Assembly: GCA_963733295.1 (NCBI GenBank)
Contig: CAVTCS010000003.1
Coordinates: 2,464,001-2,528,000, forward strand
DNA from: Vulcanimicrobiota bacterium
GTDB taxonomy: Bacteria > Vulcanimicrobiota > Vulcanimicrobiia > Vulcanimicrobiales > Vulcanimicrobiaceae
Direction of reading: 5' to 3'
DNA length: 64,000 nt
In this document: positions 49,242 through 58,126 of the stretch, piece by piece
How the letters are laid out: each line of letters begins with the position of its first letter
Position numbering within the stretch: position 1 is the stretch's first letter
Notes under the pieces: model-generated
Databases searched by the model: none
The model's input: the letters and a program-made list of their open reading frames with translations, nothing else
Told to the model about the DNA's origin: nothing
Program-made: the position numbers and the translations under genes

Positions 49242-49420
49242 CGCCTTCTCTAAAATTACGAAGGCGCCCCCGTCTCACGACGGCGGCGCCCCCACTCACT
49301 CACTTCTCCGTTTGCCCGTGCTTGAAGGTATGGCTACCCTGGAAACCCGGGCCTCAAACCTTTACCGCGCCGGCGGAGGGCCCTCCTGTGAACGGGACAG
49401 CCGGATTGCGAGAGGAGCCG
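49242..49420 (-). ncRNA. Candidate structured RNA (cis-regulatory leader or 6S-like) with downstream GNRA hairpin
   Basis: Nested stems that pair better on the minus strand through G-U wobbles; hairpin at 49260-49293 with GUGA loop. Confidence 0.45.
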
Positions 49421-49435
49421 TTGAACCCGGGCCGG

Positions 49436-51253
49436 ATGCGCCTTTCCCCGGTCGACGTCGCCGTCATCGCCGGCTTCTTTGCGGCGAACCTCGGCATCGG
49501 GCTCGCTTTCGCTCGTCGCGGCGGAGCGAGCGTGGGCGAGTTCTTTCTTTCAGGACGCAACGTGCCGTGGTGGCTCGCCGGAATCTCGATGGTGGCCACG
49601 ACCTTCGCGGCCGACACGCCGCTGGCCGTCACCGGCTTCGTCGTTCAGCACGGCGTCGCCGGAAACTGGGTCTGGTGGAGTTCCGTCATGTCCGGGATCT
49701 TGACGGTCTTTTTCTTCGCGAAGATGTGGCGCCGCTCGGGCGTATTGACTGACGTCGAGTTCATCGAGCTGCGCTACGGCGGGAGCGCGGCCGCCGCGCT
49801 GCGTTTCGCGCGCGCGATCTTCGCGGGGGTGCTGGTCAACTCGATCATCATGGGTTGGGTCAACCTCGCGATGGCCAAGATCCTCGAGCTGACCTTGCAC
49901 GTCAACAAATACGAAGCGCTGGCTGTGTGCCTGATCTTCACAGCGGTCTACGTGACCATCGGCGGCCTTTGGGGCGTACTCGTGACCGACGTTCTGCAAT
50001 TCGCGGTGAAGATGTCGATGGCGATCGTCCTAGCCGTCGCCGCGGTCGCAGCGGTCGGCGGCATCGGCGCGCTCGAGGCGAAGCTCGCCGCGCGCGATCT
50101 CGCGCTCGCGCACAACGACGCGGCGGCTGCCGCGGCGCATTCCGTTCTCGCGTTTTTCCCGACGACGAACGCCGCCTGGCTGCCGCTCTTGACCTTCTTG
50201 ACGTACATCGGCGTGCAGTGGTGGGCTTCGTCGTATCCGGGCGCCGAGCCGGGCGGCGGCGGCTACATCGCGCAGCGCATCTTCAGCGCCAAGAGCGAGA
50301 ACGACGGGCTCTTCGCGACGCTGTTCTTCAACGTCGCGCACTACGCACTGCGGCCCTGGCCTTGGATCCTCGTCGCGCTTGCGGCGATCGTGCTGTATCC
50401 GCACGGCGTTATCGGAAGCGACGGAAAGGTCGATCCGGAGCTGGGTTACGTTCAAGCGATGATCGACTATCTTCCGGCCTGGCTGCGCGGCTTGATGCTG
50501 GCGGGGTTCTTAGCCGCCTACATGTCGACGATCGGGACGCATCTCAATCTGGGCGCGTCGTATCTAGTAAACGACATCTATCGCCGCTTCATGGTGCCCG
50601 ATCGAAGCGAGCACCACTACGTGGCGGCCTCACGCGTCGCGACGTTACTCGTCATGCTTTTCTCGGTCTGCGCGGCGCTCTCGATGCACTCCGTCGGCGA
50701 TGCTTGGAAGTATCTCTTCAACCTGACGGCGGGCGTCGGCCTCGTCATGATCCTGCGCTGGTACTGGTGGCGCGTGAACGCTTGGAGCGAAATCGCGGCG
50801 CTGACAGCCTCGGCGCTCGTGTCGAACGCCTTGATTCTCGGCCACGCGTTTTCCGCAAGCGACCCGAACGCGCAAGCCGAGACGTTGCTCGTCACGGTGC
50901 CGATCACGACCGCCGTCTGGCTCGCGGTAACGTTTTTCACGCCGGCCGAGAGCGAGCAAACGCTGACGAAATTCTATCAAAAGGTTCGCCCGCATCCGCT
51001 GGGCTGGCGCGCGATCGAACGCATCGCGCCCGCGGGCCCGCAAGAGGAAAGCCTCGGGGTTACCGTGGTCGATTGGCTAGCCGGATGCGGCCTGGTGTAC
51101 GCGTCGCTGTTCGGCATCGGAAAGCTCGTCATGGGCGAAACGGCGTTCGGCCTCGCGTACTTGGCCGGAGCGTCGTTATGCGGCGTTCTGATCGGCTACA
51201 ACGCAACGCGCGGCGCGGCCCGCGCCCGAATCCCGGCGACGAAGACGACCTAG
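49436..51253 (+). CDS. Sodium:solute symporter family protein (alternative TTG start at 49421)
   Basis: FFLSGR..PWWLAG.SMVATTFAADTP, YIAQR, AAYMST. Confidence 0.93.
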   Translation: MRLSPVDVAVIAGFFAANLGIGLAFARRGGASVGEFFLSGRNVPWWLAGISMVATTFAADTPLAVTGFVVQHGVAGNWVWWSSVMSGILTVFFFAKMWRRSGVLTDVEFIELRYGGSAAAALRFARAIFAGVLVNSIIMGWVNLAMAKILELTLHVNKYEALAVCLIFTAVYVTIGGLWGVLVTDVLQFAVKMSMAIVLAVAAVAAVGGIGALEAKLAARDLALAHNDAAAAAAHSVLAFFPTTNAAWLPLLTFLTYIGVQWWASSYPGAEPGGGGYIAQRIFSAKSENDGLFATLFFNVAHYALRPWPWILVALAAIVLYPHGVIGSDGKVDPELGYVQAMIDYLPAWLRGLMLAGFLAAYMSTIGTHLNLGASYLVNDIYRRFMVPDRSEHHYVAASRVATLLVMLFSVCAALSMHSVGDAWKYLFNLTAGVGLVMILRWYWWRVNAWSEIAALTASALVSNALILGHAFSASDPNAQAETLLVTVPITTAVWLAVTFFTPAESEQTLTKFYQKVRPHPLGWRAIERIAPAGPQEESLGVTVVDWLAGCGLVYASLFGIGKLVMGETAFGLAYLAGASLCGVLIGYNATRGAARARIPATKTT

Positions 51254-51266
51254 CGCGGGAGTCCGG

Positions 51267-51659
51267 CTACGCCGGAAGGCACTCGTGCCGGCGCTCGAAC
51301 GCGATATCCATTTGGTGGAAGATATCGCCGACCTCGGGCGCGCCCGCGGATTCCACACGATCGGCCAATTCAACCAACGTGCGGTCGATCTGATGCAGGT
51401 GCGCGACGGCCGGCGCTTCGAGCCGAGCGTGATCGATCCAGCGGATGAAAACTTGATCGGTGAACTGGCAGCGCAAGAGGAGCTCTTCCAGCGTCTTGCG
51501 CGCAGCGGGGTCGAGCTCACCGTCGAGCCGATCGCGAACGTCGCTCAGGCGCTCGCCGACGTACGCCCGCACGTACTCGTCGGTAAGGTGGCGGGTCGTT
51601 TCATCCGAGTAGTCGCCGTATTCGGGTATGCGCTCGCGCACGAACGTCAAATCGTCCAT
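51267..51659 (-). CDS. Hypothetical protein
   Basis: MDDLTFVRERIPEYGDY..RAYVGE..RCQFTDQ; helical, protein-like composition. Confidence 0.7.
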   Translation of the reverse strand: MDDLTFVRERIPEYGDYSDETTRHLTDEYVRAYVGERLSDVRDRLDGELDPAARKTLEELLLRCQFTDQVFIRWIDHARLEAPAVAHLHQIDRTLVELADRVESAGAPEVGDIFHQMDIAFERRHECLPA

Positions 51660-51709
51660 TCTGCCACGCATTACCCGCGCTCGCCACGGACGGTTTCGCA
51701 GGGCACCCG

Positions 51710-52492
51710 TCAGGCCACCAGTTGCGGCAGCATCTCGGCCGCCCGGCCGCGGAGACCCAGATCGGCGTGCGGGCTGATGGCGGTCTCTTCCGGGTTGATC
51801 TCGACGAGAAAAGTTTCGGGCGCGGCGAAATGCGTGCAAAGCATTGCCGCCGGATTGACCAATCCCGAGGTACCGACGACCAGCATGACGTCGGCGCGAG
51901 CGGCCGCCGCGACGGCCAGATCCCACTGCGCGACCGGGAGGGATTCACCGAACCACACGATGTCGGGTCGAAAGTGACCGCCGCACTCGTGCTCGATCGC
52001 ATCCAGCGGCAAGCCTCCCCCGAGAGGGCGTCGCGCGTCACAGCGATCGCAGCGCGCTTCGCGCAGGTTGCCGTGGAGTTCGACGACGTTCTTCGAACCC
52101 GCGCGAAAATGAAGCGAATCGACGTTTTGCGTGACGAGCGTGAAGTCGCCGCAGCGCGATTCCAGCTGAGCCAGCGCGACGTGTCCCGCGTTCGGCTGCG
52201 CCGCAGCGTGCGCTGCGCGGCGCTCGTTGTACCAGGTCCACACGAGCCGTGGGTCGCGGGCGAAACCTTCAGGCGAGGCCAACTCCTCGACCCGATGCGT
52301 CCGCCAGAGCCCGCCGGCTCCGCGAAACGTCGGCAGACCGCTTTCGCTCGAAATTCCGGAACCGGTGAGGACGCAGACGGCGCGAGCGGAGGCGAGCCGC
52401 TCGCGCAGCGCGCTCAGCGCGGCCGGCCCAGCTGGGCCGCTCCCGCCGCTCGCCGTTGAAATGGGCGAGGCCGCGTCTGGGTCGAGGGACAT
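51710..52492 (-). CDS. cobB: NAD-dependent protein deacylase (class III sirtuin)
   Basis: GSGISSESGLPTFRG, TQNVD, ELHG, RPDIVWFGE, GTSG. Confidence 0.95.
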   Translation of the reverse strand: MSLDPDAASPISTASGGSGPAGPAALSALRERLASARAVCVLTGSGISSESGLPTFRGAGGLWRTHRVEELASPEGFARDPRLVWTWYNERRAAHAAAQPNAGHVALAQLESRCGDFTLVTQNVDSLHFRAGSKNVVELHGNLREARCDRCDARRPLGGGLPLDAIEHECGGHFRPDIVWFGESLPVAQWDLAVAAAARADVMLVVGTSGLVNPAAMLCTHFAAPETFLVEINPEETAISPHADLGLRGRAAEMLPQLVA

Positions 52493-52606
52493 ACCGGTAG
52501 TGTAACACCATGTCCGGAGCGGCCGAACATCCACGTTCGCCCGCTGCTCGTTAACGGATCGAGCCCGTTCGAGGGCCGTTTTGACGCGTGAACGAAGCAC
52601 GATTTT

Positions 52607-53140
52607 GTGGAGGATGCGAGCCTGCTCATGGCGCGAGTGCGCGAACGCGATGCCGGCGCCTTCGAGGCCCTCTACGACTCGTATCATCGGCTGGTCTACG
52701 GGATCGCCGCACGAATTCTACGCGACAAGATGGCCGCGGAGGACGTGACGCAGGCCGTTTTCTTAAAGCTGTGGAGCGCGCCCGACGCTTTCCGGGGCGG
52801 CAATTTCGGTGCGTGGCTGGCGCGCGTCAGCCGCAATCGCGCGCTCGACGTCTTGCGCAGCCGCGCCGTTCTCGGCGAGAGTGAAATTCCGATCGACGTT
52901 CCGGTCGACGCGGTTCTCGACGAAATCGTCTTCTCCCGGCTCGACGGCGCGCGCGTGCGGGAAGCTCTAGCTTCGCTGCCGTCCGAGCAGCGCGAACCGA
53001 TCGAACTCGGTTTCTTCGGCGGCATCACTCACGAAGAGATCTCGCGCCGCACCGCGACGCCGCTCGGAACGATCAAAACGCGAATCCGCGCTGGTCTACG
53101 CGCCTTGCGCGCTGCGCTCGAATCGGGGATCGCACGATGA
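52607..53140 (+). CDS. ECF sigma factor (SigK-like)
   Basis: AEDVTQ..F.KLW, GFFGGITHEEI, PLGTIKTRIR. Confidence 0.92.
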   Translation: MEDASLLMARVRERDAGAFEALYDSYHRLVYGIAARILRDKMAAEDVTQAVFLKLWSAPDAFRGGNFGAWLARVSRNRALDVLRSRAVLGESEIPIDVPVDAVLDEIVFSRLDGARVREALASLPSEQREPIELGFFGGITHEEISRRTATPLGTIKTRIRAGLRALRAALESGIAR

Positions 53141-53901
53141 CGCACGACGACGAGTTTCTCGACGCGGTCGCCGTGCTCGCGCTCGGCGCGCTGCCTGCGT
53201 CCGAAGCGCAATCGGTGCTGGCGCATGTCGAGGGCTGCGAGACCTGCCGCGCGGAATATCGCGCGCTGCGCGGCGCGGCGGATTCGGTCGGTTACGCGGC
53301 TGAGGACGACGCCGCCGAACTCGACGAGTTGCGAAGCGCGCGCATTCGCGCGGACCTGCTGCGCGCGATCCGCGAAGACGCGGCTCGACCCTCAGCAGCC
53401 CCGCCGGCAGTCCCCGCGCAGGCTCGACGGCAGCCTTGGCTCGCATACCTGGCCATCGCCGCGTCCATTGCGGTCGTGCTCGGGTCGGCGCTCAACAATG
53501 CCGCACTTCGTTCGCAACACGACGCCGATCAAACGCAGATCGCAACCCTGCAGCAATCCCTCAGTGAGTCGGACGCTCGGCTGGTGGCGCTGCTGTCACC
53601 GAGCGCGAAGCGCTTCGCGATTCCGCAAGGTCAAGTGATCGAAAGCGGTGGCCGGATCTTCCTCGCACTGCACTCGTTGCCGCCGCTCGGGTCGAACAAG
53701 GTATTCCAGGCCTGGACCCTCGCCAAAGGTGCGAAGGGCGTGGCGCCGAGTATCACGTTCCGCGCCGACAGTCAGGGGACGGCCCTCATCGAGTTACCCG
53801 AAGCAGCCGGCAATCTCGCTGCGGTCGCCTTGAGCGTCGAACCCGTGGGCGGCAGCCGGCAGCCGACTTCGAAACCGGCTTTCGTGCGGAAGCTCTCCTG
53901 A
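53137..53901 (+). CDS. Anti-sigma factor (zf-HC2 + TM + RskA domain)
   Basis: HVEGCETC, TM helix, FQAWT, ALSVEPVGGS.QPT. Confidence 0.92.
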   Translation: MTHDDEFLDAVAVLALGALPASEAQSVLAHVEGCETCRAEYRALRGAADSVGYAAEDDAAELDELRSARIRADLLRAIREDAARPSAAPPAVPAQARRQPWLAYLAIAASIAVVLGSALNNAALRSQHDADQTQIATLQQSLSESDARLVALLSPSAKRFAIPQGQVIESGGRIFLALHSLPPLGSNKVFQAWTLAKGAKGVAPSITFRADSQGTALIELPEAAGNLAAVALSVEPVGGSRQPTSKPAFVRKLS

Positions 53902-53912
53902 GCGTCGACTGC

Positions 53913-54737
53913 ATGTCCCAACTCGAGCCACTGTCCGAGCGCAACGAGGCGGAGGTTCTCGACTATTTGGCGAGCGCGCCATACGACAACGTTTTCGTCG
54001 AGTGGCTCATTCGCAGCCGCGCTCACCGTCGCGACGACGCGTTCGTCATCGTCTTCCGCGCCGGTTCGGGTGCGCTCGAGGGCGTGTGCTACTTCGGACG
54101 GCAGATCGTTCCGCACGCGCGTAGCGAGGCCGCGGTCGACGCGTTCGCGAGCCGGGCCAAGTCGGCCCGAACTCCCGTGATGATCGTCGGACCACGTCCG
54201 GGAGTCGAGCGCTTTTGGACGAAGGCCCGGCAACATTTCCCGGCTCCGCGCGCGCAGCGTCGCAGTCAACCCGTGTACGCGCTCGATCGAGCACACCTGC
54301 GCGGGTCGCGCGCCGACGCGCCGGTCGTTCGTGCGAAGCTTGCCGACCTCGAAGAACTCAACCGCAACTCAGCGGCGATGTTCGAGCGGGAGATCGGAGG
54401 CCTTCCCGGCGTGCTGCCCGCTCAGCACCTCGAGCGGACGCGCCGGATCCTCGAAGCCGGGTGGTGGTGGCGCTACAGCCTCGACCAGCGCATCGTTTTT
54501 CAGTGCAACGTCGGCTCGCAGACGCCGCAAACTGCGCAGCTTCAGGGCGTCTGGACGCCTCCCGAAGATCGCGGCAAAGGTTACGCCACGCGCGCTCTAG
54601 CCGCGATCTGCGACCGGCTTCTCGACGAGAATCCGACCCTCAGTCTCTTCGTCAACGATTTCAACAAGGACGCGATCGCGCTGTACGAACGCGTCGGCTT
54701 TTTCCAGGCCGGCGAGTTCGCAACGTTCCTGTTCTAA
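53913..54737 (+). CDS. GNAT family acetyltransferase
   Basis: QGVWTPPEDRGKGYA, LFVNDFN..AIALYERVGF. Confidence 0.9.
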   Translation: MSQLEPLSERNEAEVLDYLASAPYDNVFVEWLIRSRAHRRDDAFVIVFRAGSGALEGVCYFGRQIVPHARSEAAVDAFASRAKSARTPVMIVGPRPGVERFWTKARQHFPAPRAQRRSQPVYALDRAHLRGSRADAPVVRAKLADLEELNRNSAAMFEREIGGLPGVLPAQHLERTRRILEAGWWWRYSLDQRIVFQCNVGSQTPQTAQLQGVWTPPEDRGKGYATRALAAICDRLLDENPTLSLFVNDFNKDAIALYERVGFFQAGEFATFLF

Positions 54738-54748
54738 CGGCAACGTCG

Positions 54749-55447
54749 CTACAACAACGTCGCCGTCAACTCGCTCTCACGCGCCGCGCCGTTGCCGTCG
54801 CGCTCGACGCGATAAGCGCGCGCAGCCGGCCGTGCGGCGACGATCGCCTGCAAGGTGCGGCCGGTGAAGTGGAGTGCGACGCCGTCGTCGCAGGCGAATC
54901 CGGGACCGATCGAGGCGTCGGCAACCATACGCTGATAGGCCGGACGCCGCTCCTTTTCGCCGTCGTAGTGCGGACAAGCGCTGCCGGCAACGAACCCGAG
55001 GCAGCTCATACGCGTCAACTCGCCGGCGAACGAATCGGTCACGCCCTCCTCGAACCAGCAGATCGCGCCGGCACTGGAACCGCACAGAACGATGCCTTGC
55101 GACCAGGCATCCCGCAAAGCCTCAACGAGATCCCAGTCGCGCCAGACCGCGAGCATGCTGCGCGTGTTCCCACCGCCGACGTGCACCACGTCGAAGTCGA
55201 AGATGAAGGCGCGCAAGTCGACCGGCGTCCGGCGAAAGAACGGCAGATGCGCCGTGCGGCAGCCGAGTTGGCCGTACGACTCGTAGAAACGAGCGAGATA
55301 GGTCGGATCGTCGCCGCTCGCCGTTCCGACGAAGAGCACGCGCGGGACGGCGCGGCGCGCGAGGCTCAAGCAGTATTTCTCGAGTTTGAGGTTTCCGCTA
55401 TCCGGCAATAGCACACCGCCGCCCGCGGCGACGATGTGCCGTGTCAT
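54749..55447 (-). CDS. Peptidase E (S51 family)
   Basis: TASGD, GGGNT, GSSAGA, CPHY. Confidence 0.92.
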   Translation of the reverse strand: MTRHIVAAGGGVLLPDSGNLKLEKYCLSLARRAVPRVLFVGTASGDDPTYLARFYESYGQLGCRTAHLPFFRRTPVDLRAFIFDFDVVHVGGGNTRSMLAVWRDWDLVEALRDAWSQGIVLCGSSAGAICWFEEGVTDSFAGELTRMSCLGFVAGSACPHYDGEKERRPAYQRMVADASIGPGFACDDGVALHFTGRTLQAIVAARPAARAYRVERDGNGAARESELTATLL

Positions 55448-56214
55448 CCCGGAAACGACCGGTCGCGTACGGCCGCGGCGTACTCGCCGAGCGCCGACGT
55501 CACGATTCCGCTGAGGTCGGCGAAGCGCCGCGCGAAGGGCGGCGACTCCGGATACAAGCCGAGGACGTCGTGCAAGACCAGCACTTGACCGTCGCAGGAT
55601 GGACCCGCACCGATTCCGATCGTCGGAATCGGCAACGCCTGCGTGATCTCGGCAGCGAGCGCGGCATCGACCATCTCGAGCACGACGGCGCTCGCACCCG
55701 CATTCGCAACCGCATGCGCGTCGGCCAGCAACAGTTCGCGGTCGCGCCGTCGCCGGAATCCGCCGTCGAGGCCCGCAGTTTGCGGCAAGACGCCGATGTG
55801 CGCGACGACGGGAATCCCCGCGGCGACGATCGCGCGGATGCGCGCTTGCGCCCGAACGCCGCCCTCGAGCTTCACGCTGCCCGCACCACCTTCCCGAACA
55901 AGCGCTACGGAGGAACGAACCGCCTCGGCGTCGCTGGCCTCGTAGCTTCCGAAGGGTAAGTCGACGATGATGTGCGCGCGCGTCGTCGCGCGAGCGACCG
56001 CCGCGCCGTGACGCTGCATGTCGGCCAACTCGACCGGCGTCGTCGAAGCGTAGCCGAGCACGACCATGCCGAGCGAGTCACCGACCAGCAGGACGTCGAT
56101 TCCGGCAGCCTCGGCGCAGCGCGCAAAAGGCGCGTCGTAGGCGGTCACGACCGGGAAGGCCGCCCCCTTACGCTCGCGGAGGGCGGCGGCCGTTAGCCGG
56201 CGTTCGGAAGCCAT
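55444..56214 (-). CDS. panB: 3-methyl-2-oxobutanoate hydroxymethyltransferase
   Basis: TAYD, LVGDSLGM, VKLEGG, IGIGAG..CDGQVLV. Confidence 0.97.
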   Translation of the reverse strand: MASERRLTAAALRERKGAAFPVVTAYDAPFARCAEAAGIDVLLVGDSLGMVVLGYASTTPVELADMQRHGAAVARATTRAHIIVDLPFGSYEASDAEAVRSSVALVREGGAGSVKLEGGVRAQARIRAIVAAGIPVVAHIGVLPQTAGLDGGFRRRRDRELLLADAHAVANAGASAVVLEMVDAALAAEITQALPIPTIGIGAGPSCDGQVLVLHDVLGLYPESPPFARRFADLSGIVTSALGEYAAAVRDRSFPG

Positions 56215-56223
56215 AGGGACGCG

Positions 56224-57126
56224 CTACGCGCTCGCTCGGGCCCGAACCTCGTCGGCCACCCGATCGTTTTCGGGCGTCGGAATTCCACGCAGTCGCCCGA
56301 GGCGGCTGATTGCGCCGTTTATCGCTTCGAGTTCGGTGGGTCGCCCGCGTTCGAGGTCTTGCAGCATCGACGAACGATTTTCCGCGGTCGCCGCGGCAAC
56401 CGCATAGACGTGGGCGACGGCGTCGTCGAACGGCAGGTCGACGCCCTCGGCCGCCGCGACCGCGGCCGCCTCGCGCGCGATCGCTGCCGCCCGGCGGCGC
56501 AGTTCCGGTTCGGTCGAAACCGCACCGTTGGGCAGGCCGGCCGCCGCGGTCAGAGCGTTGATGGCGGCGTTTGCGATCAGCTTCGCCCAAACGTGCGGTT
56601 CGACAGGCTCGACGATCCGCGCGTGCAGTCCGCTCGCTACGAGAAGATCGCGCAGCGGACGCAGGTCGCCGCCGGCACGACCGCGAGCCCAGCCGAGCGT
56701 CGTCATGCCGCGGCCGATGCGGCGCATCGCGCCCGGCGCGACGAGCGTCCCGCCCTCGGTCGTGGGCGCGAGCGCGATCGGTCTCGTGCCGAGCGCCGCT
56801 TCGATGTGCTCGACCTGAAGGATCCCGTTTTGCAGCGACACGATGGGAGTTTGCGCGCCGAGTGCGCCGCGCAGACGAGCGAGCGCGCCGGCGGTAGCAA
56901 ACGCCTTGACGGCCACGAGCACGAAATCGACGCCGGCCAAATCGGACGGCTCGCTCGTTGCCGCGGACAGCGCGACCGTCTCCTGAGCGGGAGCGAGGTC
57001 GGCGCGCCGCGCGATCGCGATGCGCGCCGCCTCGTCGCGAACCAGGACCACCGTCCGCGCGTGCGGCGCGAGAGTTGCGGCGAACAGCGTGCCGATCGCG
57101 CCGGCGCCGACGATGCCGAGCTTCAG
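56224..57126 (-). CDS. panE: 2-dehydropantoate 2-reductase (CTG start inferred; GTG at 57204 is the alternative)
   Basis: GIVGAGAIG, VAVKA, SLQNG, WAKL..N..IN, SSMLQD, TELEAING. Confidence 0.93.
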   Translation of the reverse strand: MKLGIVGAGAIGTLFAATLAPHARTVVLVRDEAARIAIARRADLAPAQETVALSAATSEPSDLAGVDFVLVAVKAFATAGALARLRGALGAQTPIVSLQNGILQVEHIEAALGTRPIALAPTTEGGTLVAPGAMRRIGRGMTTLGWARGRAGGDLRPLRDLLVASGLHARIVEPVEPHVWAKLIANAAINALTAAAGLPNGAVSTEPELRRRAAAIAREAAAVAAAEGVDLPFDDAVAHVYAVAAATAENRSSMLQDLERGRPTELEAINGAISRLGRLRGIPTPENDRVADEVRARASA

Positions 57127-57297
57127 CCGCGTTCTTCGGCGCAGCCGGCCAACCGATTCTGCGAACGATTCATATTCGCGACGACTTCGCTTGCCCGGTG
57201 CCACCGCCTGTACTGCTCCGGGACGCAGGTGATCCGTTTGTTTTTCAATGAACGAATTGGGGCAAGATTAGCCTGCGCACTTCCTGGAGGTTCTCTC

Positions 57298-58125
57298 ATG
57301 AGCGAGAAGGACTCGGTTTCGCGTAAGAAATTTGTCCTGTCCGCCGGTGCGATCGCCGGTGCCGCAGGGCTCGTGGCGCACCCGGAGATCTCCGAGGCGG
57401 CGAACGCTCCCGTGGAAACCGTCGCAGCCGCAAAACCTGCGGCGCCGCCGCGCGTCGCGGCACCGCTCGGCAACGAGCCCGAAGCCTACACGTACCTGAC
57501 GGCGCCGGAGGCGTCGTTCGTCGAAGCTGCGGTCGAGCGGTTGATTCCGAGCGACGAACTGGGACCGGGAGCAAAGCCTGCCGGCGTCGCGTTCTTCATC
57601 GATCAGCAGCTCGAAGCGCAGTACGGTTTCGCCGCGAAGATGTACCGCCAAGGTCCCTGGGGTCAAGCGCTTCCCACCCAAGGCTATCAGCTTCCGCTCA
57701 ACCCGCGCGAGGTGTATCGCCTCGGAATCGCGGCCACAAACGAGCATTGCGTGGGGACCTATGGCAAGACGTTCGACAAACTCGACGGCGCTCACCAAGA
57801 TCAGGTTCTCACTGCGCTCGAAAAAGGACAACTGGACTTCAGCGAGGTTCCGGCGTCCACGTTTTTCAGCATGCTCTACGAAAACACGCTCGAAGGCTTC
57901 TTCGCCGATCCACTCTACGGCGGCAATCGCGACAAGGTCGGCTGGAAGCTGATCGGATTCCCCGGAGTGGCCGCAGCGTACGTCGGATTGATCGAGAAGC
58001 ACAACGTTTTGTATCGCGTCGCACCGGTCAGCATCGCCGACGTCGAGCACTCGACGGGGCTCGCCGACGAGGACCACATGCCGGTGCACAAGATGGCGAT
58101 GTCCCGTAAGCGCGAGGGCAAGTAA
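57298..58125 (+). CDS. Gluconate 2-dehydrogenase subunit 3 family protein
   Basis: Tat-like leader; RLIP, GVAFFID, EGFFADPLYGGN..GWKLIGFPG. Confidence 0.92.
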   Translation: MSEKDSVSRKKFVLSAGAIAGAAGLVAHPEISEAANAPVETVAAAKPAAPPRVAAPLGNEPEAYTYLTAPEASFVEAAVERLIPSDELGPGAKPAGVAFFIDQQLEAQYGFAAKMYRQGPWGQALPTQGYQLPLNPREVYRLGIAATNEHCVGTYGKTFDKLDGAHQDQVLTALEKGQLDFSEVPASTFFSMLYENTLEGFFADPLYGGNRDKVGWKLIGFPGVAAAYVGLIEKHNVLYRVAPVSIADVEHSTGLADEDHMPVHKMAMSRKREGK

Positions 58126-58126
58126 C

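Noticed and set aside
49242..49420. glmS ribozyme hypothesis
   Set aside because: No AGCGCC/GACGAGG core found on either strand
51710..52492. Sirtuin as an anti-phage SIR2 effector
   Set aside because: Standalone class III CobB with housekeeping motifs and context
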